NCBI GenBank assembly: GCA_964016885.1
Contig: OZ024741.1
Span: 96,844,001-96,908,000, forward strand
From: Eledone cirrhosa
Taxonomy: Eukaryota
Direction: 5' to 3'
Length of the DNA stretch: 64,000 bases
The notes under the pieces are model-generated. The model was not told the origin of the DNA and searched no databases. It was given only the letters and a program-made list of their open reading frames with translations. A program made the position numbers and the translations under genes. This document shows, piece after piece, positions 40,958-54,771 of this stretch. The stretch's first letter is position 1, and every line of letters starts with the position of its first letter.

Positions 40958-41248
40958 ATAATAATAAATATGAAGACTAAAAATCCGAAGAGGGCTTGAT
41001 AAGGATAATATATATATAAAATATATAAAACCGTACTGCAAATATTTATTAAAATAACATATTAAAGTTTAAGCAAAGAATCGTTGCTTTCACCCTTAAC
41101 GGGATCTTCTGAAACTAAAAGAATTAATCTATGGACGCAGTAAATTTTGAAAAACGTTGCAACCGAAGGAAAACAGAAAGACAATACTTTGGTTCGTGAG
41201 CACGTTCCCTGGCAATGCTTAAACTTTAATCTGTTATTTTAATAAGTA
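40955..41248 (-). mobile_element. PLE-like element with a decayed HHR (41066-41116, minus strand)
   Basis: Reverse complement AGTTT-CAGAAGA-TCCC..GGGT-GAA-AGCAA..TTGCT-T-AAACT; related rearranged copy at 47755-47880. Confidence 0.6.
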
Positions 41249-41259
41249 CATATAAATAT

Positions 41260-41317
<58 letters not shown>

Positions 41318-41320
<3 letters not shown>

Positions 41321-41403
41321 AAAATTCCTATTACCCACTCTACTACCCTAAGTATTGAGCACTCTGGTGCGTTATGACGTTATGGTTACCCCACTTCCTT
41401 CGA
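41318..41403 (+). mobile_element. Family A tail fragment in (TA)n
   Basis: TTCCTATTACCCACTCTACTACCCTAAGTATTGAG... Confidence 0.8.
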
Positions 41404-41621
41404 TATATATATACATATATATATATATATATTAGGATGTAATTAGTTTGAAACTGGCCAGGCATTTACTCAACTGTATCGATCTCGATACTTGGGGTAG
41501 AAGTCTATGTTTATATTCTAACAGCTGAGCTCTTGTCGCGTCATGACTCTTTAAAATAAGTACGTATATATATAGAGAGGGAGATAGATAGATAGATACA
41601 TACGTATCTATAGATAGATAT

Positions 41622-42806
41622 GTTTCTTTATTAGCCATAGGGGCACAATAGAAGGGGAAAAATACAAAGGGCGAAGTTTACATACAATAAAAACGTGTAA
41701 AATATTATCACAAATGCAATTTAAAAATTAGTCGATTTTCCCCAATGGGGGAGACATTACATATGGGTTACATATATCGCCGAGAAAAATGTGCAACCCA
41801 CATCTCCAGGAGTACGAAGAGTTTGTACCCGTTTCCTCTCCTCCTCTTTTTCCTCAACCTGCAGGCTGATATAGATAGAAGGCCCATTCACTCAGGCCAT
41901 TCTCGCCACTTTCACCCACCTTTCATAAAACTTGCTGGGGTACAGCACCTCTCTCTCCATCCTGATTCTTCTTCCAAAGTGGTATTTTGAAAAAAAGAAT
42001 CAGTTGTTGGCCGGAGAGAAAAGTGTCTGACCTCAGCTCTTTCAACCTTGTCCACCATACAACCTGTTTCGCCATAGCTATCACACAAAGGAAAACCGCC
42101 TCTCCTTCGTTTTTGAAGTAGGGTGGCGGTTTGATCATGACAATGGATTCGGTGGTCAACCGGATTGGTCCCACCCGCGAAAATAGTCGTTCTACTTAGC
42201 CCTACAGGTCGGTAACGCCCGGGCAGTGTATGAATGCATGCGCGACGGTTTCTTCGTCTCGCACGCACCTCGAACAGATCTTTTTCAAAGGGCCCCTGCC
42301 CGGGCACCCATGTCAATAGAGCTTGTCTCGAACTGGAAGAGCTCCTCGGTAGCACTGCCAGGCCAGGGACTTTTGAAAGTTGTCCATCGGTCCCGGGCCG
42401 AAGGTCCTACCGAACAGACTGGCCAGTTCGTCTTCCTCTACGCCTAGAGTTTCACCGAGCGCGTCGTCGCATTTGCTGCAGATCAACCCTCTATAGAATG
42501 ACGAAGTGGAATCTCAACTGATCGCCAGGTCCGCCTGCCAGAGGGCTGTGTGCGCCTGAGCACATACGATGTGCCAGTCGCCCATTTTCCTCGGTCTTTG
42601 CTTGAACCAGGACTGCAGCTCGGTCAGCGAGACGAGTCGTGGGAAGGCTCGCCACATGAACAGGTCCCACACCGGTTGTCCGGTGAGGAATACGTCGAGA
42701 TGCCGCAGCCTGAGCGCGTGTTTGCGCATCCTCAGCCACGGCAATCCCAGCCCTCCGTTGGAAGGGTGTTGGCAGCAGATGGATCTTTTCACCAAAGGAG
42801 CCCGCC
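41622..42806 (-). mobile_element. L1/Tx1-clade LINE 3' fragment
   Basis: CCQHPSNGGLGLPWL, LAWQCYRGALPVRDKL and a decayed zinc-knuckle region; the 3' end has AATAAA followed by a simple repeat. Confidence 0.8.
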
Positions 42807-43173
42807 TATATATATTTATATATATACATAAATATGTATGTGTATATATATATATACATTTACATTGGCCATATTGTAAATGCCATTGTAAATGTTTCCC
42901 AACATTTAATCCACTCCCATATTAATTCCCGTCTCTATCCCCTTCTGGTCTGCCGCGATTCCACAGTTATTAATTCAGCGCTATATCACCGTACCTGAAG
43001 CACGATCGTATATCTTAGATGTCTACGACATATGACTGCCCATCAAATATTCTCCCCCACCGTCTTCCTTTATCTACATCCCCGTACGTCTGTTTCTACT
43101 TGTGTATCTCTCTGTACATGTAAGAATATGTGCACATGCATAGGTAAACCTGGGCTCGTATATGTGCCTATGA

Positions 43174-43333
<160 letters not shown>

Positions 43334-46300
43334 AGCTTATTGGCCTACCCAACTATTCACCCACTGTCATTCCTTGATTTGCACAGCTCATGCGCTCACA
43401 CCACCACCGTTCTCTACAGTGCCAACAGCTATGCCACATTTATTTTCACGGTCTGAAGTACATATACCCTGACTGATTTGCACAAACAAACAAAATAACA
43501 TACACAACCACACACACACACACACACACATACACAAACTTACACATAGATGTCTATTCAAAATACTCAAGGATTATCTCCCTTTCCTATCTTCTCGAAT
43601 AGCTAATATACAATCTGATCAGCACTATCCCAGAATGGATAACTAAATACATACGTGCTTCCTTTACCACCATATTGGTTCCCGTTTCTTCTTACTGTTG
43701 TATATCTCTCTTTTTCGTCTTCTAACTTTTGAATTAAGGACTAACGTCGGAATTGTTAAGATATTTTCCCTGTTGTATCAACAGATCAACATCTGTACAT
43801 TTTCACATAAACAGAACCATACTTGATTTGATTTTCTACACAATATATCTGTCTGAATGTTATATTATTTTTTATCTGACCCTTTAGAATAAATGCCATA
43901 TTATATATTGAAATACAATATATAAGTAATTGTTTATAGAACATACAGTAAAGTTCTGTGGGTTAATATGGAAGATTTCACTTCTGTAATATTTCACGAA
44001 ATATTCCTGTGAATATATTAATACGAGTATGTTTTCTATTAAGGCGAGTTCATACCATCGCGGCTCTCGAATGTGTGATTTCGATGTTTATTGAGTCAGT
44101 CAATTTGCTGAACATGGCGCTTCCCTGCAATGAAAAATTTTCATTTTAATATATTTATGCTTATAAATAATTTTTTATTGAGTTACATAATGCCAACTGT
44201 CCCCATTTCTTTATTGAACACGCTCAGACACGCTCGAACAAGCCAGCATTGGAATGCATTTCTTAAAATATTTGAACAATGATACACATCTCTCTCTCAC
44301 GCACAGATACACACACACAGACGTACACACACATATACACAGACGTACACACACACACCCACACATACACAAACGCACACAGACACACAGACACACAGAC
44401 AAACAGACGTACACGTACACACACACACACACATACACACACACTTATATATATATACTTGGTGAAAAATGACAAATGTACGCATGTACAGAATAGACAC
44501 TACATGTTTGGGATGGCATATTCCGACCAACACTTGATATTATATACGTTCCAATAAACTAATTGAAACGGAATCATTTTTATCAAATACCAGTAAATAT
44601 TTCCCATACTACTCATGTAGATATTGTAAGATATATTTCCTAATATTAATGTCATCGTCACCAACTATTACCCATATGCCTCGCACACTATTCAACTAGA
44701 ACGGTCCCTGTTGAAATATTGCGGGCTTAACACCAGCAGCTAGCACCTCTGTGATTCAAGCATTTAAGATAATTCTCTGTATAGACACTTATTTTCACCT
44801 CAATAAAAACATAGTCCCTGAAACTGCCTAGGTGGCAATCATTCGTGTATTGACTTAGTCATGAAGAAACACCATCCAATAGTCCATTATATGAACTACA
44901 TAAAAGCATTTGAAACGAGAACAGCATCTGGATCTGTCAGACATTTTCATAATTATGCGAAAAATATATTAAATATATTATTGATATTTCTGTAGTACAA
45001 TATTGGTTTGGCTGTTAAAAGTCCGTTTCTCCTCGGAGACTACCCATCATTTAGTTCCTAGGATATGAAGCATCCAAGCATTTTCTCTTGATAATGTACT
45101 TTCATACTAGTTATATCTGTGTCGAAACACCTTACATCATTTCGTTTAGAATTCATACGTTCCTTGTTCATATACTACCGTGGTCAATTACAACTTTCAA
45201 TCGCACTGGGGTCGATTTAATCGACTCTCCCTTTCCTTTCAAATTGCCGCCCCTGTGTTAAAGTAGAAACACTTATCAGTGTTGCTGTTGCTGCTGCTGT
45301 GGGTTCTTTTTTTATTTTTCTTTACAAATTTCAGTTAGCGTCCTCAAAATTATCTGTAGTAGAGATTAGATGTTTTAGCTGATTTAATTAAGATATCAAT
45401 TAACGGATTTTTAAGGTCCGATTAACTTATTTCATTATTATGTTTTTTTTTCTTTAAGTAACGAACGTTTTCAATTTTTTCGTTTCTGACATGTTTATTG
45501 CCGACATCCAGCTGATATAACATCGTATTTTCCCATCGATTTAACTTTTAATTGCTAAAATTATCGGACAAGAGTAACAAACAAAAAGAAGAAATGGGCA
45601 GACATGTCAACTATGACGTCGGGTCATTGTTATTGCCGTTTTCATTTGTGATGAATAAATTTATTCATATTCTCTGTTGAATTCTGAAATTAAACTCAAG
45701 ATAATGTGAGGACAAGCTTATAGAATGAAAAAAAAACACACACACGAAAAAACTTAAAGGATAAAATAAAAATAACGAGACTAATCTGCAAAATAGTATG
45801 AAAATAATCAACGCAAAGAGAAAAAGAAAGCGGATGTTTTCATATTATGATTATATCTGTGCTTGTTAGGTCGGAGACAGTTTTGAAGTGTAATGGGAGT
45901 GTGAAGCACTGAAAGAGTCAATGAGGTAACCAGCTAAAAATGCAGAGGTTTAGAAGATTGAAGTAAATGCAATGACAGTGATAAAGGATTGGACTATATA
46001 ACAGCAATTATACTGTCAGAATCATATTTTTAAGGGGAAATATTAAAGATAAGCTGTGAAAGGAAAGTTTGGAGAGATAAAGGGAGCGGGATAACCGTCA
46101 AAATCACATAAGAGCAATGATTTTTCTAAAATCTTTTGTTAGAAGGTTATTCCCTATTTGAATCCATAAAATAGGGGATAATGGATAAACAATCTACATT
46201 GAAGACAAGAAAAATGTTATGATAGAGAATGGGGGAGCAAAAGGAAAACAATATGATGAATGTAGCAGAGCATGGGAAGGAAACATAAGGATCTAATTAC

Positions 46301-46843
46301 AAGTCAGAGTAGAGAAGGATAGCATTTAAGAAATACAAAGAAAGCAGTTGATAGTCGGATCAATAGATCAAGAACTCCACGCACACACACATATGCATAT
46401 ATGCATGTATGTATGTATGTATGTATGTATGTATGTATGTATGTATGTATGTATGTATGTATGTATGTATGTATGTATGTATTAATGCATGTATATATAT
46501 ATATACGTACACGTGTGCGTGTACGTATTTATGTGTGGTCATGTATGTATGTAATTATCAAGGTATGTGTGTACGGAGTGTATTTTACTAAGATCGGTAA
46601 TTATAGACACGCTTGCAAATTATAAACACAGACATACTATCAAATTTGCATCCAGACACTTGCAGGTAAAACTTATGCACACATTAAACAATTATAAAAA
46701 TAACAACATTTGATTCAAAATCTTCAGCCTAAACACACTAAATTTTAATACACACATATTCTCATATGCAATTAAACACATCATATACAAAAAGGTGGTT
46801 TGCATACGTAGAACTTAAAATCTGATAATTCATAAAGATAAGG

Positions 46844-46906
<63 letters not shown>

Positions 46907-47316
46907 TAGATATAGATATATAATGTTCGCTCTACATGGCTGAATACAATAAATGTAATCTTAGTTTTTCGAATATTAATAAAAACATTCGATTCGTTTG
47001 CAATTATGCGAACAAGCCTCACTTTTAACGCCATGTCAGTAGGAATGAACCCTTCGTTCTTGCGCTTGTGTTGGCATGTGAACAGAACTGCAGACACTAA
47101 TGTTTCTGGATATCACCCTTAATCAGTACAGCTCACTGTTCACCTGCCAACTGTTAGAGCTAGTGAAAATATATATGGTATTTTCTAAAATATAGTGACT
47201 AATCGGCCTGATTTGCATATTAGCAGAGCCACTGATCAGCCAGATTTGGATATCAGCAGACTGGCCCCTCAGTTTCCTGTATATGAGCGATAAATAGCCG
47301 GCTTTACCACATTCAA

Positions 47317-47369
<53 letters not shown>

Positions 47370-47393
47370 AAGTGTGTGTATCTCTTGACATAT

Positions 47394-47526
<133 letters not shown>

Positions 47527-47657
47527 GTGAGGTTTTTTTTACAAAATGAAAAATAACCGAGGTGTCCTACACGAGTGAAAGTATAAAGAAAAAAAGATGA
47601 AATCGAAATGCAACTGGAGTCTTATTTTTTTTTTAAATATATATATTTATTTGGTTC

Positions 47658-47693
47658 CTTTACCGGTTTCGCAGTTCTTCTGCGTTTCAAAAG
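47658..47693 (-). ncRNA. Minimal HHR (U3-A8 type) within a (TA)n-flanked element, 47521-47730
   Basis: Reverse complement CTT-TTGAAAC-GCAG-aagaa-CTGC-GAAAC-CG-GTA-AAG; position 9 deviates from consensus. Confidence 0.6.
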
Positions 47694-47879
47694 TAGAGTT
47701 CAGATGGAGGGTCTGTGGTTTTTCTCACATCATATATATATATATATATATATATTAAAATAACAGATTAAAGTTTAAGCAAAGAATCGCTGCTTTGCTC
47801 TACGGTTCTTATATATTTGATATATATTTTCCTTATCGAGCCCTCTTTGGATTTTAGTCTTCAATTTTATTATTATTAC

Positions 47880-47914
<35 letters not shown>

Positions 47915-47998
47915 AAAAGGTAAAGAGAAATAACAATACAATCGGTACAGTATATGGAAGGAATATATTAGGTTAATGCTTGAAATAGCAAGAATATG

Positions 47999-48036
47999 GT
48001 TCTAACGTTTCGGATGTTAGTCCTTCCTCAGAAGAA
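47999..48036 (-). ncRNA. Minimal HHR
   Basis: Reverse complement TT-CTGAGGA-A-GGA-ctaaca-TCC-GAAACGTT-AGAA; decayed relatives near 17843 and 43728. Confidence 0.55.
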
Positions 48037-48169
48037 AGAAAGAGAAATAAAATAGATTGAAGGGACGGGCGGGGTGGAATTAGAAAAATGTCTTAAGATA
48101 AAAATAATAGGTCTATTCATGTTGACATCTCTTGACATACATATACCCCCCCACCCCATTATTATATAT

Positions 48170-48325
48170 GGACACACTGGGGGAGGAGGACCGGGGTTAA
48201 CATATGTTGATGCCCTAGGGGCAGACACTGGTCTGTTGGAGATGCAGGATATGGCAGCGATAGTGAGGGTCAGAGACCGCTGGAGAGAACTCGTCCATGG
48301 ATCTCGGGAATTTTACCCGCCTTAG
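48170..48325 (+). mobile_element. Short 3' end of the same LINE family as 35610-36125
   Basis: Shared GAGAGAACTCGTCCATGGATCTCGGGAATTTTACCC. Confidence 0.85.
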
Positions 48326-48356
<31 letters not shown>

Positions 48357-48364
48357 CATGTGTG

Positions 48365-48640
48365 CGTGTGAGTATCCCGGGTGCAATAGGTGGTAGCCAC
48401 AGTAAGAAATGTACTCAATACATAGAATACTATAAATATTTAATATAGAAATGGCTTTTAGAGGACTAGAACTGTTTCATTCAATGGAAAGCATCATGGC
48501 TTTACTGATGATTTCCTTCAAATGATACCGTTTTAGTCCTGTAGAAACCATTTCTATATTAAATATTTATACTCTGCTATGTATTGAGTACCTTACGTAC
48601 TGTATTTAACTACCCCGATTGAACCCAGGACACACACACA
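48365..48640. mobile_element. Old fold-back element with a decayed HHR core (CTGATGA at 48505)
   Basis: Imperfect arms ~48373-48497 and ~48505-48632. Confidence 0.6.
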
Positions 48641-48931
48641 AACACACACAGAGAAAGTTATATATGTAAATATGTGTGTGAGTTTTAGTTAGGTGTATAA
48701 CTATAGTTACAGGCGGCGCGCCGTTCGAAACACTTGGTGCCGTTATGAGGTCTATTTGTTTTAGCTGTGTTTTTGCACATAAAATCTCGTATATTTGAAG
48801 AGACGTCGAAGAATTGGGCCTCGTCATTTCGATTGTACCCTGAGCTGATTTATATCGGAATAAATGTAATATGCCAATAATATTTGTACATATGCTGCAG
48901 CATTGAATTCGACTCTACTTCTTCACTCTCT

Positions 48932-49013
<82 letters not shown>

Positions 49014-49018
<5 letters not shown>

Positions 49019-50425
49019 CATTATAAAGAAAGAAGTAACATTAGATATAATTAATAAGATATACCATACCCAAATTCCCTCATTACTCCTCGAATACATA
49101 GTTTCGTGGCATATTATGCAAAAACACTACATCACAGAGATACAGTATTTTTGTGAGCTTTGCCGACTTATCAAGAGAATACCTCATTTAGAGTTTCAAA
49201 CCACATCCGTAGGACGCGAGATAGAATCCCGAAAGGCGGAGGGGGAGTCAATCACGTGATACAGCGGTCAAGAAACAGAGCTAAGCCTCTTACAACCAAG
49301 AAAAAAATACCACAAAGGCGGAGGGGGTATTTATATCAAAGCCGTAGAAGAGATGGCTAGGATGGCGAGAAGTTTGAGTAATGATAGCTATCCAGCAGTC
49401 ACTACACTGCAAATGGTTACTCTACCATAGGGAGTTATAAACAATATAAAGAAATATAAAGGAATATCTCGCGTCCTACGGATGTGTTTTGAAACTCTAA
49501 ATGAGGTATCCACTTGATAAGTCGGCAAACTTCACAAAAATACTGTATCTCTGTGATGTAGTGTTTTTGCATAATATGCCACGAAACTACGTAGTCGAGG
49601 AATAGTGAGGGAATTAGGGTGTGGTATATCTTATTAATTATATCTAATGTTTCTTCTTTCTTTATAATGTATTATATAGCTATGATATTGAATCAATTAT
49701 TCCATTCGGATTATTTTGTCCCAGTTATTCATAGAGCAACAACGATTAAGATTGGCACCACAAATTCAGGGATATATGTGGATATATTCATGTATATGTA
49801 TGTGTTCGCATGTATTTGTGTATTTCTTTATATTGTTTATAACTCCCTATGGTAGAGTAACCATTGAAGTGTAGTGAATGCTGGATAGCTATCATTACTC
49901 AAACTTCTCGCTATCCTGGTCATCTCTTCTACGGCTTTGATATAAATACCCCCGCCGCCTTTGTGGTATTTTTTCTTAGTTGTAAGAGGCTTAGCTCTGT
50001 TTCTTGACCGCTGTATCACGTGATTGACTCCCCCTCCGCCTTTCGGGATTCTATCTCGCGTCCTACGGATGTATTTTGAAACTCTAAATGAGGTATCCTC
50101 TTGATAAGTCGGCAAAGCTCACAAAAATACTGTATCTCTGTGATGTAGTGTTTTTGCATAATATGCCACGAAACTACGTAGTCGAGGAGATATGAAGGAA
50201 TGTTGGTATGGTATATCTTATTAATTATATCTAATGTTACTTCTTTCTTTGTAATGTATTATATAGCTCTGATACTGAATCAACCTAATCCATTCGGATT
50301 ATTTCGTCCCAGTTATTCATAGAGCAACAACGGATGAGGTTGGCCCACAAATTCAGGGATATATGTGGATATATTCATGTATATGTGTTGTGTTCGCATG
50401 TATCTGTGTATTTCTTTATATTGTA
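49014..50425 (+). mobile_element. HHR-bearing PLE/retrozyme-like element: inverted copy plus 1.6 tandem units of 587 bp
   Basis: 49014-49457 is the reverse complement of ~49818-50262. Direct repeat 49466->50053. HHRs at 49509-49601 (+), 50096-50188 (+) and 49087-49179 (-). Confidence 0.85.
50096..50188 (+). ncRNA. Type I hammerhead ribozyme, U3-A8 core
   Basis: TCCTC-TTGATAA-GT(C)GGCA...TGCCAC-GAAAC-TACGTA-GTC-GAGGA. Confidence 0.85.
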
Positions 50426-50426
50426 T

Positions 50427-50545
50427 ATATCGTGTGTTCGTAGGATTTGTTTCATTCTATTGTCCTTTTTCAACACAGGGATGTTCTGGAGGATGTTCTG
50501 GTGTCAAAGGCCTCATTGTTGAGGGGGTTGTGTGTGGAGATGTAT
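50427..50545 (-). mobile_element. Neptune-type PLE ORF fragment (RT-EN linker)
   Basis: ALPYISTHNPLNNEAF..ILQNIPVLKKDNRMKQILRTHDI; ends on the same 16-mer where the 56739 fragment starts. Confidence 0.65.
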
Positions 50546-50582
50546 GGAAGAGCTTTTATATATATATACATATATATATATA

Positions 50583-51701
50583 TAACAAAGGAATTGTGGT
50601 AAGGAACCAGATGAACCGTAACGCACCAGAGTACTCAATACTTAGGGTAGTAGAGTGGGAAATAGGAAAAAGTATGACCCCGACGGCAGAGCTCAAGCCG
50701 TTTCGACGGCTATTTCTGGACTAAATTAGAATTTTTAGCCTGGTGAATAAATAGCCAAACTTTTCAAGGTGGTACTTCCTTATATGGGAAGATTGTAGTT
50801 CTCAAGAGGATTGGTTAAAATGTGTTGTATACAAGAAAGAGGAACTGGTAACCGCATACAAACAGAGATGGCGTAGGACTTACCTCGCCCCCAAACTCCA
50901 TAACGACCCGGGTGGGTAGACAAGGGCTGATACCCCCTACTTGCCGAATAAGCTAGGGGAAACCCCAGCTTACTTAGGTAGATGTATCTCTTTTCTTTTC
51001 TTTTCCTCTTTGTCTTCTTCCCTCTGTCTCATTCTACCACTTCCTTCCACCCCCTATTTTCTTCCTCGTCTGCTTTTCCTCTTCGCCTACCCAGATGCAG
51101 CCCATCGGACCTCTGTAGCAACAGTTCTCCAACCCCTGTAATATTAAGATAGAATTGGCCGAATACGTTTTACTAACTACTTATAGCAGACGTGTTAAAC
51201 CCCTTTAATTCTGTATCAGTTCTGGTACCACTCAATTTCTACAAGTGTTTTCTATTCTCAACTTATTATCCTGTAATTGTAAGATAGCATTGTGATTTTT
51301 TTATTCATTTCTCACTAACTAATTTGTTATTTCTTTTTTTATTATCTGTTATTGTCTCATACTCTCATTCGATTTACCTATTCTATGACCCCCCTCCTCC
51401 ACTTCATACTCTATCCCAGAATCTGCTGCATACATATCACTTTCAACGCTTGACCGCTCCTGTCACTCCCCTATTGTTCTACAGGCAAGTTCAGCAACCC
51501 CTACCTCCCACCAAATGCCATGATAGTCTTATTTGTGTTTACAACAAATTTTAACCAATCCTCTTGACAATTACAATCTTCCCATATAAGGAAGTACCCC
51601 TTGAAAAGTTCGGCTATTTATTCACTAGGCTAAACATTCTAATTTAGTTCAGAAACAGCCGTCGAAACGGCTTGAGCTCTGCCGTCGGGGTCATACTTTT
51701 T

Positions 51702-51704
<3 letters not shown>
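50583..51704. mobile_element. Family A element, long form: inverted terminal repeats each with an HHR, ~700-bp spacer, (TA)n on both sides
   Basis: ~50663-50835 is the reverse complement of ~51530-51704. Confidence 0.85.
51596..51691 (+). ncRNA. Type I hammerhead ribozyme, U3-A8 core (mirror copy at 50677-50773)
   Basis: ACCCC-TTGAAAA-G..CGGCT...AGCCG.C-GAAAC-GGC...GCC-GTC-GGGGT. Confidence 0.85.
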
Positions 51705-51779
<75 letters not shown>

Positions 51780-51781
<2 letters not shown>

Positions 51782-54140
51782 CTACCCAATAATAAAACCA
51801 AATACAACCACGGTAGTTTACCAAATTCCACAAATACGAATACTAACCATAGGAATTCTTCTAGAACACAGCACAATAATATAAGTGGTAAAAGAACTAA
51901 ACTAAAATCCGCAAAAGAAATATAACATGGTACAACGCACCCTTCAATCTGCAAACTATTGGACAAATCCCCAAAACGTTTTTCGAAATTCTACATAAAC
52001 ATTTTCCACCAAACCACAGCTTCTACCAAATATTTAACAGATATACTGTTAAATGCTCATACTCTACATCAAACAATCTCCAGCAAAAAATAAGCAACTA
52101 CAACATTTATGAAATTAAAAATTATATGACCACATTACCACAACATAATTTAAATAGAACTGCTCCTTTTAAAAGGACAAATAATACAATCCTTCAACCT
52201 GGAAAACACAACCACCCAAATCAACAACACAAAACAAAAAAAACAGAACACAAAGTCACAATACAACCCTAGCACTAAACCACCCACAAAGCAACCTTCA
52301 TTCTCCCGCTAACATTAACTACAATAGGAATAGCTCAAGGATTAATGAGAACGGTATAGGTACCCCCATCAACCATTTTACGTATGGTTGTAATTGTAGA
52401 AATAGAAGTATTTGCCCCTTAAATGGCAACTGTTTGATTAATAATGTAATATATAAATGCACTGTGTCAACTAGTGACTCCAACAAAACATATATAGCAT
52501 CAAACACATTTAAGAAAAGATTTTACGCACACTCCAGTAGCTTTAACAATACTAAACTAGCTAACACCACATCTTTAGCTGAGGCAGTAAATAACTATAA
52601 AAAGAAAAAAAATAGATTTCAAGCTATCATGGAACACCATTCTACAAAGAACTCCATATCTTGGGAACAGGAGAGAATGCAGGTTATGTTCAGGGGAGAT
52701 CTTGGAAATTACTAAATCTAAGGACGATTTATTGGAATAAAAGACAGGAACTGATTATAGTTTGTAATCGCCCTATACGAAAAACATTTAAATACTATAA
52801 ACCTAATTAAATATTCTAAATAGCAACTCACTATAATTCTATATGGCATAACATTTGTTAGTATCCCTTTCCCCTAATTATACGCATTCATGTTTATTTA
52901 TTACCTTTTAATGTTTTAACTTCCTTAGATTTATCCGTTAATGACTAAGGGCAACAAGGTACACAACCACCCGTAATTGCATGAGTAAATATGTATCTAT
53001 GTATGTATGATATGAGAATATATATATATGTGTGTGTGTATGTGTGTATATGCGAGTATATGTGTATGAATGTTTATATGTGTGTGTACATATATGTGCG
53101 TGTACATATATATATATGTGTATAGGTGTGTATATGTAAACGTATATATATATAGATATATGTGCGTATGATTGTATGCACATGTGTAGATGTATGTATA
53201 TATTTGCGTTTATTTATGTGTATGTATATTTTTAGTTGAGTATCAATATAACTATACCTCTATCTATAATGTGGGTATATGTACTTTGTGATCTATGAAA
53301 TTTATGCGTTTTAACTATGTCAACATGTATTTATCTGAGTTTGCTTATTTATACATAGAGATACTTGAAGGTATTTTAAGGCGTATCATACGCTTTATTA
53401 TACTTAGTACAATTTATACCACACCGTACTATATCGTGTTACATTATATTATATTATTGTAACTTTGCCTTTCATCCTTACGGGGTCGATAAAATAAAGT
53501 ACCAGTAATGTACTGATAATTGCTGGCCTTGTGCCTAAAGTAGAAACAATTATATTATATTATTGTATTTCTGTATTTCATTATCTTATTATACTTTTCA
53601 TCTTTTAATATACTATCTTTCCTAGCCATGACCTTAATTTATATTCACCTAAAAGCTCCATACAACACAACTCAACATTTAATTTTTACATTCCTTTTAA
53701 ACTTCACTATACCATATACATTCAACTATCAATTTGACAATCCCTTTCTTGCTAATAGATTTTTTATGGCAATTCTGTTATTAACACCATTCAACCATTC
53801 CTTTCAAAGGGTCATGACCTCAACTAAAGAGAATTCTTTTTCATCTTAACATCATATGGAATTAAACAATCTGATTGGTTAGTTCTTCAACTACCTCCAA
53901 ACAAGGTAATAGAACAAAATATAATACTAATTTACTACTAACTTTGAATAAAATTATTATTGCTTTTGATAACAGCTGGTGATATGCATGCAAGTAAATA
54001 TTTTCTTTATCTGATATTTTGTAACTAACCTTACATAGATCGATATAGAAATATAGTTACGATGTATTATCATCACATAGAAACGATCGTAAAGCAGTGA
54101 AGTATATTTCTAATGACTTGATTTTTTATTTCATTGTTTT
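51780..54140 (+). mobile_element. Naiad-type Penelope-like element, 5'-truncated (GIY-YIG relic ~51901-52800, decayed HHR 53976-54091)
   Basis: KRNITWYNAPFN..HKHFPPNHSFYQIFNRYTVKCSYS; CNCRNRSICPLNGNCLINNVIYKCTV..KTYI..TFKKRFYAHSSSF..TTSL; CRLCSGEILEI..NKRQEL. Stops and frameshifts present. Confidence 0.8.
53460..53550 (+). mobile_element. 5'-truncated SINE with TSD, nested in the Naiad 3' region
   Basis: ATTATATTATATTATTGT flanks both sides. Confidence 0.85.
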
Positions 54141-54163
54141 AACTTATATATATATATATATTT

Positions 54164-54757
54164 ATGTCAGGTCACCAGTTGGTGCTACTGGTAACATGTA
54201 TCTCAGTACAACCTGTCTCATGGTCGGGTCGTTGGCGACTAAACTGGCAACCCCACCACGGTTTCTTGGTGAGGAGGGTGACTTTGGACATCCTACAGGA
54301 CTAAAACCAAAACCTGTCAAAGGGCAAAGGAGCTCTTAAGAGTCAATAGCCATCCAAAATCACCGGGAGAGATGATTCCTTAGCTTTTGTCAAGGCAGAA
54401 TTCTAGGAGAAGGAAAACTCTGATATAACACCTGCAACTCTGTTGGTATCCAATGATGTAGTCTTGTTCTTTTTGGTAAATATCATCTTGGTTAAGAGAG
54501 TGGGACTGGCTTTGTGCAGTGCCTTTGCTCACTATAAAAGCTTCACGGCACAGGCATTGCTTTATATCTGCACTTTTCGTCACATGGTCCCATGGGCCCA
54601 GCACTATGTGTCAATAATTGTCACAAGTGTAGTGTTTGTACCAGAGTTTCAAGTCGCTGGCTGGACTAAAAAGTCACACTTTCAGCGCATCGGTAGGGGT
54701 TCTCCAATCTGGATATAAGGTAGTGGCCGTACTCGAAAACGAGTTAGCAGCCACCAT
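54164..54757 (+). mobile_element. Second RTE 5'UTR-like repeat
   Basis: 5' ~190 bp is homologous to 5766; contains CTAGGAGAAGGAAAACTCTGA, recalled as an RTE 5' UTR motif. Confidence 0.55.
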
Positions 54758-54771
54758 ATATACATATATAT

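Noticed and set aside
47211-47218. Octamer motif ATTTGCAT
   Set aside because: A single 8-mer is expected by chance in 64 kb of AT-rich DNA.
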